From Squalus acanthias (lineage: Eukaryota), in contig CM059431.1 of assembly GCA_030390025.1 (NCBI GenBank), forward strand, positions 132,930,001 through 132,994,000: a DNA stretch of 64,000 nt. The letters are read 5' to 3'. The notes under the pieces are model-generated. The model ran no database searches and had not been told where the DNA came from. It was given only the letters and a program-made list of their open reading frames with translations. Positions 1 to 13,005 of this stretch are shown one piece after another (position 1 is the stretch's first letter; each line of letters opens with the position of its first letter). Made by a program: the position numbers and the translations under genes.

Positions 1-239
1 CCCGTGGCTATGCAGGGAAATTTGAAATGTAGGGGAAAAAAGGCTGTTAAGTGTCTGGCAACAAGCTTATAATGATTTGAATTAGGTTGCCCACCCCAGC
101 CGGTTGGGACAAATGCGTCCGAGGGAAAGGCACGTGGGGGTGGAATGACGGCGGGTTCCTAACCCGCTCCGACTTTTTTCAAATTTCTCACCCTATCCGC
201 CTCTGATTGTGCCCGCACGGACCCCAGAAAATTCCGGCC
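1..239. mobile_element. Right end of a Harbinger-type element (runs off the window)
   Basis: Ends AAAATTCCGGCC, like the other Harbinger termini here, with GGCGGG/CCCGC subterminal motifs; followed by a CR1-type ATTCTATG tail remnant. Confidence 0.55.
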
Positions 240-259
240 AATGATTCTATGATTCTAAG

Positions 260-1010
260 CATGCACCTCTTGCTTTCCTGCCCTCCCCTCACCACAACCC
301 TACCCTTGTACCTTCCTCATTTTAGACACCCAAGATATCCAGCCTGCCCAGCCAGTGGTTGACTAAGAAGAGGGAGAGGAGAACGAAGAAGAAGAAGAAG
401 AAACACCATCACTCGGCTTCACACCCCCAGTCACCAATTCCTCGAGGTCGCCCTGCAAGGCCATCTGCAGTGCCCTCCCACTGAAAGTCAGCAGCCTTCC
501 ACCAGCCATGCTGCAGCCACTGGGGTAGACAAAGGCAGAAGCAAGGCAGTCACTAAGGGAATGCACAAGGGTGATGAGTTGATTTCTTGATGTCCTATTG
601 AATGCATATATGGATAAAGTTGGATTGCAAAGTTTGCTTAGTGGTGCTTTTTATTTCAGCATTGTGGCCAAGAAGATGCTGTGATGGTCAGTAACAGAGG
701 TGTGGGACAAATGTTGTAAGGGGAATTGGGGTTGTAGTCACTGGTACCACAGGCGGATGATTTGATCCCAGATATCCTGGCCAGAAAGGGGCTGTCTGGG
801 TTGCCTCCTTCCTTCCGCTTCCTCCTCTTCTGCTTCCTCCTCTTCTGCTTCTTCCTCTTCCCTCTGCAAGCAGCTTGTCCCCTCTGCTGCCTCTGCTTCA
901 GCTCCATGTGATGTTGCAGCCTAAGGGGGACTGCAACTCGAGCCCCCAGGACACAGTGTAACAGTGGGGCCCCCTTGTGATATGAACTTGATGTGGTGTC
1001 ATTTAAATGT
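260..1010. pseudogene. Internally deleted Harbinger remnant: Myb-partner exon-3 pieces (+) and transposase N/C-terminal pieces (-)
   Basis: 290-350 matches the intron/exon-3 junction at 58604-58670 (reverse complement). Minus strand GARVAVPLRLQHH resembles the transposase start MGAVVCISLDLQHD at 55827; there is also a poly-Glu tract. Confidence 0.6.
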
Positions 1011-2519
1011 GCCCCCCACATGCACATCTCCAATCTTGTGGAAAGCAGACCATGAAAACACTTCGTGAGATAAGCTAGTTATGCAGTTTTATTTATAGAC
1101 AACAAGTGAACATTCAGAGGAACAGTTATGATCGGATTTACTTAGTTCAATCAGTGCAACATATCCTTGTGTAATAATGCAAAACAATGAACACGCTATG
1201 CTTCCCTACATCAGTTTGCTGTCTTGCATGACTCTCTTGCATCCTAATCTTCTGATTCTGGGTGAATACACGTGCTGTTTTAAAAAATACTTAAATGTAA
1301 CTCTTTTTCCAAATACTTTCTGTGGATAATTTGTTTTCAAAAGTCCTGAAACATGACAGCAAGGAAGTGCAACAAAGAACAAAGAACAAAAAAGATGTAA
1401 AAAAACACAACATAGCATAGATGCATAATTAAATGCTGGGTGTAATAGGGTGAAAGAGTAAAAGAAATGTAGAATAATGTAACAATGGGAATTTCTGGAT
1501 GTGCTGAAGGCTGTAATGTGATCTATTGTTTGTATTTTTTCTAGTGTGAGGTATCATCTTTATGAGCTGTGAAAATATCAACAGTAAAATGTTACAGAAT
1601 AAAATGTTACGCAGATTTCTCTAGTTTACCCAGGGCTCTGCACAAGGTGCGTGTTTGACGGTTCTGCAACATTTCACAAATCTTTTAAATGCTGAAAATG
1701 AGATATATGTCTAAGGTATTGAAAAAAGAGTCAGCGCTGTACCACATTTGTCAGGGTCAAATCTCAGATGATTAATCTCTTTTCTAATATCTGTATGAGA
1801 GATAAATGGGTGCCATATTTATGAGAAATTGTCCCTAGCTTCAAGAAACAACACATTAAGCTTTCTTTTTGTTAAAAGAGGCAAAAATACTGTTGTCAAA
1901 GGCAGTATCTTTAATATGTTTATGCTGGTAAAAAGATTAACTACCTTAACAATAATTTACATATCCCTAACTGCTTGATCTTCTACCCCCATGTTTTGAC
2001 TTTAGCTTCCTTCTTATACCACAATAAATTTCCCACCAACTTTTATAGGACAAAGATTTGTATTCCACCTCCTCACTCTTACAACTAGTTCAAACTAGTC
2101 GCTATGTTAGCAATATTAGCCTTATGTTTAAGATCCTGCTGTATTAGTTACAACCCATTGTGAGTTGCTAGTGTCTTCTGAAAATGTGGCCCCTGGCTGG
2201 ATAGGAATGCTTACTTTGTATTAACTGTCCAGCATGCCCAACAAATACAAAGACTTACCCAACGGCTGTATCTTACTCCTTCAGAATGTTCCCATTCCAG
2301 AAGCCAGGAATATAAATTAAGTACAGTATGTGGCAAGAAAACATAGAAGCTATTGTTTTCATAGGCCTTAGGAAATAATTACAAGTGGAAATAAATATTG
2401 CTGTTTTAAAAAATAAAATGTTCTTTTCTAATTTTCTTCCCATTTCTCTCCTGATTATTGTTGGGGGACGGTTCCATAAACACCATCTCAAATGACCATT
2501 TTTCATGTCTTATCTTTTA

Positions 2520-2770
2520 CAGAGAGTGTTAGCCGCCTATTGAGCGTGGCAGCATCACAGCTAAGCTCAATGATGTCCTTACCTGATGTCCACACACATG
2601 TACATTTGAACAGGGGTCACTGGATAGCAATTAGAAGCATTTAGAAGCTGATTAGCCCAGGGATATTGAAGATAATTGTAGTGTCCTCTCTTCTGCCCTA
2701 GTAGCTAACTCAACACAAACTAAAGATTAAACCTGGGATCTTCCAGGTCTGTATGGATCAGTATCACATC
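2520..2770 (-). mobile_element. Old SINE-like repeat (same family as 22925-23330)
   Basis: Reverse complement GAAGATCCCAGGTTTAATC...TGTGTTGAGTTAGCT resembles AACTTCCAAGTTCAATCTCTGGTCTGTGCTGAGTCGGTT at ~22980. Confidence 0.4.
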
Positions 2771-2865
2771 ATCTTGTTTTGTTGGGGTGCCTGGATTGCT
2801 TTTCTTGTTGGAATATGATACTTTCATGCATGCTTGGTATTACATACAGGAAGAGGTGATGTGTA

Positions 2866-3628
2866 GGGGGTGATTTTCCCAATGGGGGCGCGTTGGAGGC
2901 GGGACTGCTGCTTGTCGGGTTTCAGTCCCGCCTCCATCGACATCTGGCCAACCCACGCTATTTTGCCTTGATTGAACTTGTTAAGCCCGCCCTGTGGGCT
3001 TAGCAGGCCAATTAAGGGAAAGCTGGTGACAGAGAATGTCAACGTATGACGTTTCATCTGTCAAACACTGACATTCTCTGTTGTTTGGTGAGTTCTTGTA
3101 CTCAAGGCTCACCAAACCTATTTCCAGAGCAGAAAGCAGATGGCTGTTGCATCGGAGAATGCAGCAGCCATTCTGTCATCTCTGCCGTGGAGATGCCGGA
3201 GCCTTCGAATCCCCAATGATTGAAGCCTGCAGGAAGAAACAAATGAAGTAAACTTTTTCGAACACTTTTCACTCACCTCACATACTTACCTCTCCACACT
3301 TGCACCCATCACTCACCTCCACAGCACACTTTTGGACCCCTCTCACCCCCGCAGACCCACTGCTCGCCTCGCCGACGTCGGGAAGCCCGCACCTCTGTTG
3401 GAAAAATGGGGATAATCCTCTTAACTGCCTGTCAACTACCTGTTAACAGGCAGTTAAGTGGCTGTAATCCCCTTCCCGCCTCCAGGAGATGGGACCTGGT
3501 GCGGGTCGGGTACCCGCCTCCTGGGAAGATGGCACGGAGGCGGGATGGGTACCCGCCCCCAGATTCTGCCATTTTCCCGGCAGTCCCGCCTCCAAACCCG
3601 CCTCCCCAGGGCTGGCAAAATCGCCCCC
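2866..3628. mobile_element. Non-autonomous PIF/Harbinger element (MITE)
   Basis: Imperfect ~45-bp TIRs (GGGGGTGATTTT...TGGAGGCGGGACTGC / GCAGTCCCGCCTCCA...AAAATCGCCCCC); 3-bp TSD GTA at 2863-2865 and 3629-3631. Confidence 0.85.
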
Positions 3629-3989
3629 GTAACTTCCAGATGTGGTCTGTCTCCTGAAACCATTTACAGTCCATGTTTAGTTTACAAAACATGTATTGCA
3701 TTCATGTGCAAATTCAGACTAATTAACCATACATTTTGAAACCCAACCCTAATGAACTTCCAAAGTATAAACTGGTTTGGGCCTGCTTCTTATAGCCATG
3801 GGCCAGTTTGGAGTCCTGGGCAGTACACAAGTGTCCACATTCCACACCTGTATCTTCTGCACCTAAAAGCAAATTCTACTACCCAACTGCCCTTCTGTAG
3901 CTATCTTGAACTCTTAGCTGCAATTCTCACCCCAACTGTTGCATGAGGAGTAACTGAAGAAATCGTGAAATAAGGTAAAAGGTAAAAGA

Positions 3990-4733
3990 TTTACTTGTAC
4001 TTCCTGCAATTTAGTGTACTGTATTCGCTGCTCATGATGTGGTCTCCTCTACATTGGGGAGACGAAATGCAGATTGGGTGACCGCTTTGCGGAACACCTC
4101 CGTTCAGTCCGTAAGGGGGACCCCGAGCTCCCGGTGGCCTGTCACTTTAATTCTCCGCTCCACTCCCACTCTGACCTCACCGTCCTCCGCCTCTTGCATT
4201 GTTCCACGGAAGCTCAGCGTAAGCTCGAGGAACAGCACCTCATCTTTCGTTTCGGCACCCTACAGCCCTCTGGACTCAACATAGAGTTCAACAATTTCAG
4301 ATCATAACCCCAGCCCCTATCACATATATATATATTTTTATTTTATTTTTTCATCCACCCTTTTGTTTGGCCTTTTTTCTTCCCTCCCAGAAGCTGGCAG
4401 CTGTCCTTCATTCTGCCAGCGCATTTCACACTTCATCTAGCCTCAACCTGTCACATTACCACCTCCTCTTGCCTTGAATATCTCTTAATCTCTCCTGCTT
4501 TCTATCCCACCACTGACCTTCCCCTTTGTTCTTTCTTCCCCTCCCCCTTTTCCCAGCTTTATACTTGCTTTAAATCTATTTCATTTCCTGCTTTTTTCCA
4601 GTTCTGACGAAAGGTCTTCGACCTGAAACGTTAACTCTGTTTCTCTCTCCACGGATGCTGCTTGGCCTGCTGAGTTTTTCCAGCGTTTTCTGTTGTTATT
4701 TCGGATTTCCAGCATCCGCAGTATTTTGCTATT
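3990..4733 (+). mobile_element. 5'-truncated Penelope-like retroelement (GIY-YIG endonuclease end plus 3' region)
   Basis: Translates FTCTSCNLVYCIRCS*CGLLYIGETKCRLGDRFAEHLRSV...GLNIEF; 15-bp TSD GTAAAAGGTAAAAGA at 3975-3989 and 4734-4748. Confidence 0.9.
4600..4636 (+). ncRNA. Minimal hammerhead ribozyme motif of the Penelope-like element
   Basis: AGTT-CTGACGA-A-AGGTC(TTC)GACCT-GAAA-CGTT-AACT: stem I, CUGANGA core, stem II, GAAA and palindromic AACGTT in place of helix III. Confidence 0.75.
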
Positions 4734-7459
4734 GTAAAAGGTAAAAGAACCTGGGGGGTGGTGGAGTGGGTGTGGGGAGGGGAGATATTGTGGATGTTAA
4801 GCCCAGTGCTACAATTGGAGCAGTTATTCAAGCTGGCAGAAAAGAGAACCATCAGATTCATCTGAGGCATCACATGTTCAGTCCTATAGCAAAAGGATTG
4901 CTGTGGTGCCGGCTGAACAGAGTTCAAAGGCTGGCACTTCATTTGGAAATTGCGTGATAGGCTTTCATATACATCTTGTTTTGTGATAATATCAGCCATT
5001 GAAAGGAAATTGCTTGCAACAAAAGGAAATATTTAACTGTGTCTCCTTTTCTTTTTCTGAAATAAAAAACAGAGCAATTCTCTGCAGGCTTTTGTTGTAG
5101 CATAAAGTTAAAAAAAAATAATTACAAAAGTTCTAAGTAACAACATGCATTTCTGAACCACTTCAAAAACATGAGAAATCATGATAAGCTTAGTCTAAGA
5201 GTAATGATAGTCAATTATCTGGGAGTATGTTCTAAACAGCGACATTATCAGTGTTCCTGGGTAGATCTGATGGTTTACCTGCTTCCTTCATTGCCATTTT
5301 CAGGGAGTCTTTCTGTTTTTTTGACCATGACAGTCCAAACTTACCATTATCAGGAACTGGCAGCATTTCCTGTTCAAACAGCAATTTCAAATAAAATGTA
5401 AACCTTTCCGCTTTTGTTGTTATAGGGAGTGTTCATGATGTATTTCCATCTAAGTGGAAAAAAATGATTAAAGTCTCTCCTAAAATGTTGATTGTACCAG
5501 ACTCAGTCATTTTGAATAGTTGCATGCAGTTGTTCATGAATCAGAACATTTCATAACCACCAAATCATTAAATGATATTTCTTGTCATGATGTATAATTG
5601 AATGATAGCCAGAGGAATAAGTGTGTCAACTCCAGTCAAACAATGGATGGTAAAGAGATATCTCTACCTAGAAGGCAAAAATCCAGATTCCAAGTTATTT
5701 TAATTAAAATCAACCTGGACTATTGCCAGGTTGTACTGAGACCCAGTAGACATAGCCATGACCTCACACACTGTGGGTGGAGCATATGAATGGAGACTGT
5801 GTGTGCTTTGTTTGTACGTAGAGTTTGCATGCTTAAACTTTGCCTTTTTAGCATGATGAGGATGATGAATGTGTTTCAGTGGTTTAGCTTTTGTGGCTTC
5901 TGATGTTGATTTGGCTCAAAGGCACTACCAAGTTATTGTTTGTGCTTTCCTATTGTGCCACTTGATGCACTAAGTGACTTAATTCCACTAGCACACTGGT
6001 AGATTGCTAAACAATAGAACTTGCTCAATCAAGTAGCACCCCAAATGTGTACTTAAAAAAAATTCAAATTAGCCTTCATTTTGTTTATATATTTCTGCGG
6101 ATTATTTATCGCACCAGATTAGTCATCCATACTTATTAATGTTAATTACACTATTACAAAATCTGTCAGAAAACTACTGGAAGTACCATTGTGGTTCATT
6201 ATTAAATTAAAAACATGAATTTAACCTATAGAATGTCAGTAATATGTGGATACTAGTGTAAGTCCTGTACAATTACAATTGCAATGTTGCAGCATTTAAG
6301 CTTTCCTAACTGGTGCTCAAATCATTTCAGGAATAGGACTTTCCATTTGTTAACAGTTGTCCAAAATACCCAAAACAGTAGCAATTCACCTTTGCAGATA
6401 ACAATAGTTTCTTTAACGCTATTTTAGGAAACACTTTTTTTTAGGAAACGTTCAACTTTTAACTTGGCCAAATCGGCATTTACAAGGCACTAGCGGCCTC
6501 AAAATGGACTTCCTCGACGTTCTACACTGTTTACGCTGAGTGTGAGGAGCACCTACTGACCTAAGTTTCAAGTCTCGGCTATTTTAACTCCTGGGCCTCA
6601 GTTAAATGACGCCAGTCCAGTTCCTGTCCATTCTGGTTGGGAAGAGAGCACAGAGCAGCTGCCAGAAAGCAGGTAATTAGTAGGGACAAGGCTTCAGGAG
6701 GGTCTCTGGGAGGGAAGGAGGGGAGTCTGGGGCAGGGGCAGCCACAACTTTCCTTGTGGGGCCCAGAGGAGCTCAGAGGAAGGTTTTACACTTACACTCG
6801 CAGGGCCTCTTCTGTCAGCAGAAAGTTGGAAAGCCATGGCAGCTTTCATGCTCAGGCATCATTAAAATGCAATTAGGGTCCTATTGTTGCAATAGATTCC
6901 AGATTTACATAATTTTATGAAGCCCCCGCCTGCTTTAGGCAGGCACCTCATCAGCCTGCAGAACTCTGCAGGTTAAAATTGGAAATGGCAACAAAAGGTA
7001 GAGTTTGAGCGGGTGAGTAACCTACTAGTTTTTAACTTCCCTCACGCCCAGTTTCCACCAGACAGGCATGGTTAAAATCAAACTCCTATGATTAATAACA
7101 CACAAAATGAAAAATGATCTTTTGGGACAGTATGCAAGGGATGTTTTTTGAGAATTGAGTTACAGGTTCATATAGATCATTACTGACAATGACATGTGAA
7201 TGATATAATTGTAAGCAGGTTCTTTGAATTGGACAGAGCGAGAGGATGCAGGTTTAAAATGAAAAAGTCTCAAGTGAGACTAGAGATTAGAAGCAGAATT
7301 ATTCCCTATAGAGAAGTGGAAATGTCAAAGTGACCCCTAGCAAAAGTATCTGAGATTGAGTTGAATAATTCTTCTGGGATGAGCTGAAAACTGATTGGAA
7401 GTTATAAGGATTGGCATAGACTAAGATGATCAAATACTCCATTATAGAAAAGTTAGAAA

Positions 7460-7572
7460 ACTGCCAATACTAGAAATCTGTAATAACAGAGAATGTTGGA
7501 AATACAGAGTAGGTCAGTCAGCATCTGTAAAGACAAGGTAACATTTTTGGCGCATACCCTTCATCAGAACAA
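7460..7572 (-). mobile_element. Degraded Penelope-type 3' end
   Basis: Reverse complement begins GTTCTGATGAAGGGTAT..., similar to 4600-4730. Confidence 0.5.
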
Positions 7573-7776
7573 ATGCTCTGTTATGCATGATAGCTTCTAT
7601 TGAAGAATAGTGCTTCAGAACAGTAAGCAATATATTTCTTAGAAAGAAATAATTGTTTTTTCCTGTAATTATGCAAAAAGCCTACACTAGTCTTCAAAGG
7701 GGAATTTCTGTTGATAAAAGAGCCATGCCTGATTTTGTCATTGGTCCATTCCATGTGATCTTGCGGGGTGAATAAT

Positions 7777-8473
7777 GGCCCAGATTTTGCTGTTGCAGGG
7801 CATCTAATGGCATCAGTCGTTAGTTAGACTTGTTCATGCACGTTTAGGTTAAAAAAAATTGTGTGGCAATTTGCTGAAAGTGAGAGCTGATAACGCGCGA
7901 TGAGGGAAACAGGGCATCTGGGACCTGAGTGAACAGGGCAAGCAACTGTGTATCTTCTCAACCAATCAGATTGAAGGATTGTGAAATAAACAGCACAGGG
8001 ACTGAGAACAAAGTATAAATAAGAGTGGGTGAATTCAATGTCAAATCAGGTACGGAAAGAGAAATAAAGAGAAGGAAAGATTGGATTAAGGGGGAGAGAA
8101 AAAAGAGATAGAAAGGAAAAGTAAAAAAAGTTTTAAATTTTAAATTTGACGTTTTAAAAATCTCCTACAACAATTAATACCTGAAAGAATGAGACTCCGT
8201 ACTATAATAGTTAATTTTCAGTGACATAGACGTAATTACGTGACTTAACTTACTGTGGTGAATTTAGTTGGTATCTACCGTGCAGATACAGCACCTTTAC
8301 AACATTCAATGCATGTCAATGGTGAGGCAGACACCGAGTTGCCGTTTTTGCGAAACTAATGGCAGAGCGGCACAAATCAGACAGTAACTTTTAGATATTG
8401 ACATTTAAGCACGCATCTGCTCCTCGCCTGAAGTTGCTGTACCATTTAAGCATTGTATATAAGATTCTGGCCC
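7777..8473. mobile_element. Non-autonomous Harbinger-like element, copy 1
   Basis: Ends GGCCCAGATTTT / AAGATTCTGGCCC; colinear with 8745-9640. Confidence 0.65.
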
Positions 8474-8744
8474 ATTATCTTTGAGGAAAAAGTCTTCCCA
8501 CCGCACGGCACATAATGATTTTCATGCTGCTGAAATGGAGAGGAGAAATTGTTGTCTGTGGAGAGTGGCAGGATTGATTAGTGCAGATATAAAGAATGGG
8601 GTTTGCCTGATAAACGTTGGCGATCAGGGAGTATTTGTACAGAATTTCCTCTGGGAGATTAAATGGATAGCGTAGATCGTACCTGATTTGTGGAAGGAGT
8701 GGGCTGGATGGGTTGAGTGCCCTTTTTTCATTCAGTGTTTTCTT

Positions 8745-9640
8745 GGGCCAGAATCTGCTGCAGCAGGGCATCAAACGGCATTTGCCGTTAGTTAGACTTG
8801 CCCCTGCACCCTTCAGCTCAAATTATTTTTGCCCACAAAGTTGCTGAAAGTGCCAGCTGATAATGGCGCAGTGAGGGAAACAGGGCATCTGGGACCTGAG
8901 TGAACACGGCAACCAACAGGGTATCTCCTTAACCAATGAGATTGAAGGATTGGGAAATAAACACAGGAAGGACTGAGAGGAGGGTGAATTAAAGGGGAAT
9001 TCAATGTCAAATCAGGTACAGAAAGAAAAATAAACAGAGGCAAAGTAAGATTGGATTAAGAGAGAGAGGAAAAAGAGACAGAAAGGAAAAGTAAGAAAAA
9101 AAGTGTAAAATTTAAAATTTGACATTTTTAAGATCTCCCTGAAAAATTCAAAACCTGAAGGAATGAGACTCTGTACCTATAATTAATGTTCCTCCTAAGG
9201 TGCGCGGGTGCGCGGCCGCACATCAATCGGGAGGTCCCGCGCAGGCCGCTCACAAGCTGTTGCTGTTGGAAGGGACCATGCACAAAAATAAAATTAGAGG
9301 GAACATTGGTTGTAAGTTATTTTTTGGTGCTAGAGAGGTTGATTGGCAGTCATTAACATTTATCACTTTGTTAAAAGGGCATTTACGCTTGTAATGACAA
9401 GACTTAATATTCTAGGGTGAGTTTAATGGGCAATTAATGGGCAAATGCAGAAATTTCCTAAAAATATGGGGGAAGCAATGGGGGAAATGCGTTTTTTCAA
9501 GGCTAATGATGGAGTGCAACTTAGACAGCAACTATTGGATATTGGCATTTAACCGCGCATCTGCTCCATGCCTGAAGTTGCTGTACCATTTACCCATAAA
9601 TAACAGTGACCGCCATTAGCATCACCGCTATTTTGACAAA
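8745..9640. mobile_element. Non-autonomous Harbinger-like element, copy 2 (contains a hAT MITE)
   Basis: Shares long blocks with 7777-8473, e.g. GAGGGAAACAGGGCATCTGGGACCTGAGTGAACA and GAATTCAATGTCAAATCAGGTAC. Confidence 0.65.
9184..9308. mobile_element. hAT-type MITE (same family as 50748-50884, opposite orientation)
   Basis: Ends TAATGTTCCTCCTAA / TTAGAGGGAACATTG; the body is the reverse complement of the 50748 copy. Confidence 0.8.
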
Positions 9641-10309
9641 AGTAAATGGAAACAATAAACACGTTTCAATTTTATCATAATTCTTTCTAAGTATTTTGAT
9701 TCTCAAATATTATAATCATGAGGTGAGAAATAAGACATACTAAATGGGATATTTTGGCCAGAATTTTTAATTTGAAGAGTGTGCAGGTTTGCGAGCGGGT
9801 GGGCAGTTAAAGTGCTGAAATTGACAGTGCGTCAGGAAGCTGGCTTCAACCCACCTTTCACTCAGGCACGTTAGACAGCGCACCAGAGACCCGCTCGGGA
9901 GAGGCGGGTGAGCTAATTAAAGTAGTTGGGAGCTCGTTAAAAGGCTATTAACAGCCTTTTTAATCTGATGTTGGAGCTTTTACTGGCTGTCCACGGGATT
10001 CACGGGCTTGCTGAACCTTGTCAATGAAAGCAAGGCGAGAGCAGAGCAGCTATTGTGGGAGGTGAATAATTGATAGAAAAAAAATCACGTAAATACTCAT
10101 ACCTCACACCTACTTCCTTTCCTAAGGGAAAGGCTCTTGCTGACACTATTTGTGCAGAGAATTTGCTTTCAGGAGTTTGCAGGTGATTTCTACAACTTTG
10201 AAGTCACTCTCACTACATTGGAAGTCACTCTCTTTACATTGGAGGATTGTGCCTCTGATCTCCACTTTACCTGGCATCTATCAGATCAGCATGGGTGCCA
10301 CTTATGTTG

Positions 10310-10848
10310 TTATGTACACTTTGCAACTGATGAAGCCAGTGTTACTGAGCGGGCGCTCGGCTTTGCAGCTCTGGCTGGCTTCCCACAGGTGCAGGGTGTC
10401 ATCAACTGCACACATGTGCCCATCAGGGCTCCCCCAGATCACCCAGGAGTGTTTGTGAACTGGAAGGACTTCCACTCCCTCAAGTGCAGCTCGTCTGTAA
10501 CCACAAATAGATCATCAGCTTCCTGCCAGGGAGACCAGGGAGTATGCCAGGGAGCTGTCATGATTCATTCATCCTGTGCCAGTCCACCCTCCCTCAGCTC
10601 TTTGCATCCTCTAACCAGACTTACCGGCTGGCTGCTTGGAGACAAGGGGTATCCACTGAAGACGTGGTTGATGACACCCTTGAGAAGGCCAAGCAATTAG
10701 GCTGATTGACGACCAGATGTGTCATAGAGCAAGCAATCGGGATGCTGAAGGTGCACTTCAGATGCCTGGACAGATCTGGAGGAGCCCTTCAATACGCACC
10801 AGCCAGGGTCTCCAGAATGATTGTCCTATGCTGTGCTCTGCACAACCC
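10310..10848 (+). pseudogene. Harbinger DDE transposase remnant (frameshifted, truncated)
   Basis: [23 protein letters not shown] and VIEQAIGMLKVHFRCLDRSGGALQY...CCALHN across several frames. Confidence 0.9.
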
Positions 10849-10859
10849 ATGTGAGGCCC

Positions 10860-13005
10860 TTGTGCATCTGCAATTGTCTCCTTTTTCTTTTTCTGCTATT
10901 TCTACAACATGCAATCCCTGTGGCTTCAGCAGAGGTAGAGGCAGGCTGCTCACTTCCCTGCTCTGACTGCTTAGACACTTTTGGCAGACGTCCTCTGGGT
11001 TTTGGAGCCTGTGAGGGCCCCGCCAATGACTGCTCCTCCTGCACCTGTGCAGGGGCAGACTCGGCCTTCGGGATCCGAGGCAGCATGCGGGGCTGACTGG
11101 GACGGGGGGGTGGGGGGGGGGCGCAGCAGGGCAACGGGGAGAAGTGGAAGCGCTTTGAGCAGATCCCCCACTTCCATGTCCCCTCTCACCATCATCCCTC
11201 TCATTGAGCAGAGCCCCGCACTTCCCTGCTGACAAGGAGCTGGAGAGCACTTTGCTGCACATCAGTGGGGCGATAAACGGCCAACTGTAGGTTTCTATCC
11301 ATCCTAGATATGGCTGCAATCAGAGTCTGCAAGCTGTTGTTCACAGCAAGCATGCACTCGTTTGACTGGTACATTTGATGCTCCGTGCAGGTGGCCACCC
11401 TTTCCATGGTCAAACACATCATTGCCATGGCCTGCAACATCATGCTGGTCATGTTGGAGATGGACAACTCCATTCCCCCTATAATCGAGCATATTGCGGT
11501 TGGAAAAGCTGCCAGAGCCTCACGTATTTTTTGTTCTCCTCAAAAATCATCCTCTTTGTCGGCGGCCCCTGAGGTTCAGCACCTGCGTCCAGCTGAGCAG
11601 AGCTTGGAGCATCCTGCGCCCTCCGATGAGGACTCTCCACTGCTGTCTCTGTCTCCAGCATCTGCTCCTGCTCACATGTGATGTGTGAGACACCACATTA
11701 CAACATTACATTCTGACTTAGTGGACCCACCAACGTGTGCGTATCTGCACTGGTGCTGGGTGTACATGGGTCGTGTGATGGTGCACCCTCAGAGTCCGCA
11801 ACCTCTTCTGAGGAGCTTGCTTCCTCCTCTGGCTGGACAGTGGGGCGGGAGACATTTGATGGGCCTGTGGGAGAGTAAAGACATAAACTGTTATGATATA
11901 ATGTTTTAAGTTACCATTATGCACATGATCATATTTTACTGGCGGCTGACATCAGGTCACCATGAGTGACTGTTGTATGTCATATGGCTGTGTGAGATTT
12001 AATTCTGTCACCAGGTAGCTGGGAGGTGCCCCTCTCTCCATCTCTCACCACCAGCAGCTCTGCAACTCCACTGATCTCCAGCACCTCCTCCTCTGCTGCA
12101 GTCAGTGGTGTCGTTACTGGAGGGCCATCTCCGGTTCTCTGCCTCTCTGCATGTTCTGTGCTCTCTTCTCCTGCAAGGAGGGAAACAAGAGACGTTTGAG
12201 TGAGAGTCATGGAATGAGTGTAAGGGATGGATGGGTAGCATCTATAGAGGGTGACTATGAGGGAGTGGCGTGATATTAGAATCATAGAATCATAGAATGG
12301 TTACATCACAGAAGAGGCCATTCGGCCCGTCGAGCCCATGCCGGCTCTCTGTAAGAGCACTTCAGCTAGTCCCACTACCCTGCCCTTTCCCCGTAGCCCT
12401 GCAAAAATTTTTCCTTCAGGTACTTATCCAATTCCCTTTTGAAAGCCACGATTGAGTCTGCCCCCACCACCCTTTCAGGCAGTGCATTCCAGATCCTAAC
12501 CACTCGCTGCGTAAAAAATATTGCCAAATGGCCTCCTTCTGTGGCGTTAATTTCTATGATTCTATGATTGCATTAGGATGAGGTTGAGTGTCAGTGGTGG
12601 ATAGTCAGATGGGGGTGTGAGTAGGTGCATAGACAGTGAGGGATGGGCGCACCTGCAAGGTAGGTTGGTGTGAGGAATGATGTGCAGGAGGAGTTTGGGA
12701 AGGCAGAGTGAGGAGGTTGGGGTGACAGGCACATCAGGATGTAGGTGAGTGTGACATTGCACTCACCTTTCCTGCCTTCATGAGGTAATTAAAGCGCGTC
12801 CTGCATTGTATCCAGGACCTGGTAACCACACTCCTGCTGCTCACTTCTTCCACGATCTCCAGTCGGGCCCTCTTGGTCTCGGCTGCTGGCCTCTGCCTGC
12901 TGTTGCCAGGGAAGAGGCCCTCCCTGCGGGCCCGGACTGCTTGGAGCAGGATTTCCAGGGAGGCATCACTAAATCTCGGGGCAGCTTTTTGGCGCTGAGC
13001 CTGTA
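10860..13005 (-). pseudogene. Harbinger Myb/SANT-like partner gene, 3 exons (~13005-12767, 12170-12012, 11864-~10860)
   Basis: AAPRFSDASLEILLQAV motif; GTGAGT/TTGCAG and GTGACAG/CCACAG splice sites; C-terminal QAPKPRGRLPK as in the 26520-29871 copy. Confidence 0.8.
12277..12569. mobile_element. Two CR1 3' ends joined head-to-head inside a Harbinger intron
   Basis: Minus-strand CR1 3' end 12277-12518 with an AATCATAG tail on the left; short plus-strand CR1 3' end 12523-12569 with a TTCTATGA tail on the right. Confidence 0.8.

Noticed and set aside
1140..1420. Possible minus-strand host exon after a TTTCAG acceptor
   Set aside because: All three frames close before a donor, and no protein similarity is recognisable.
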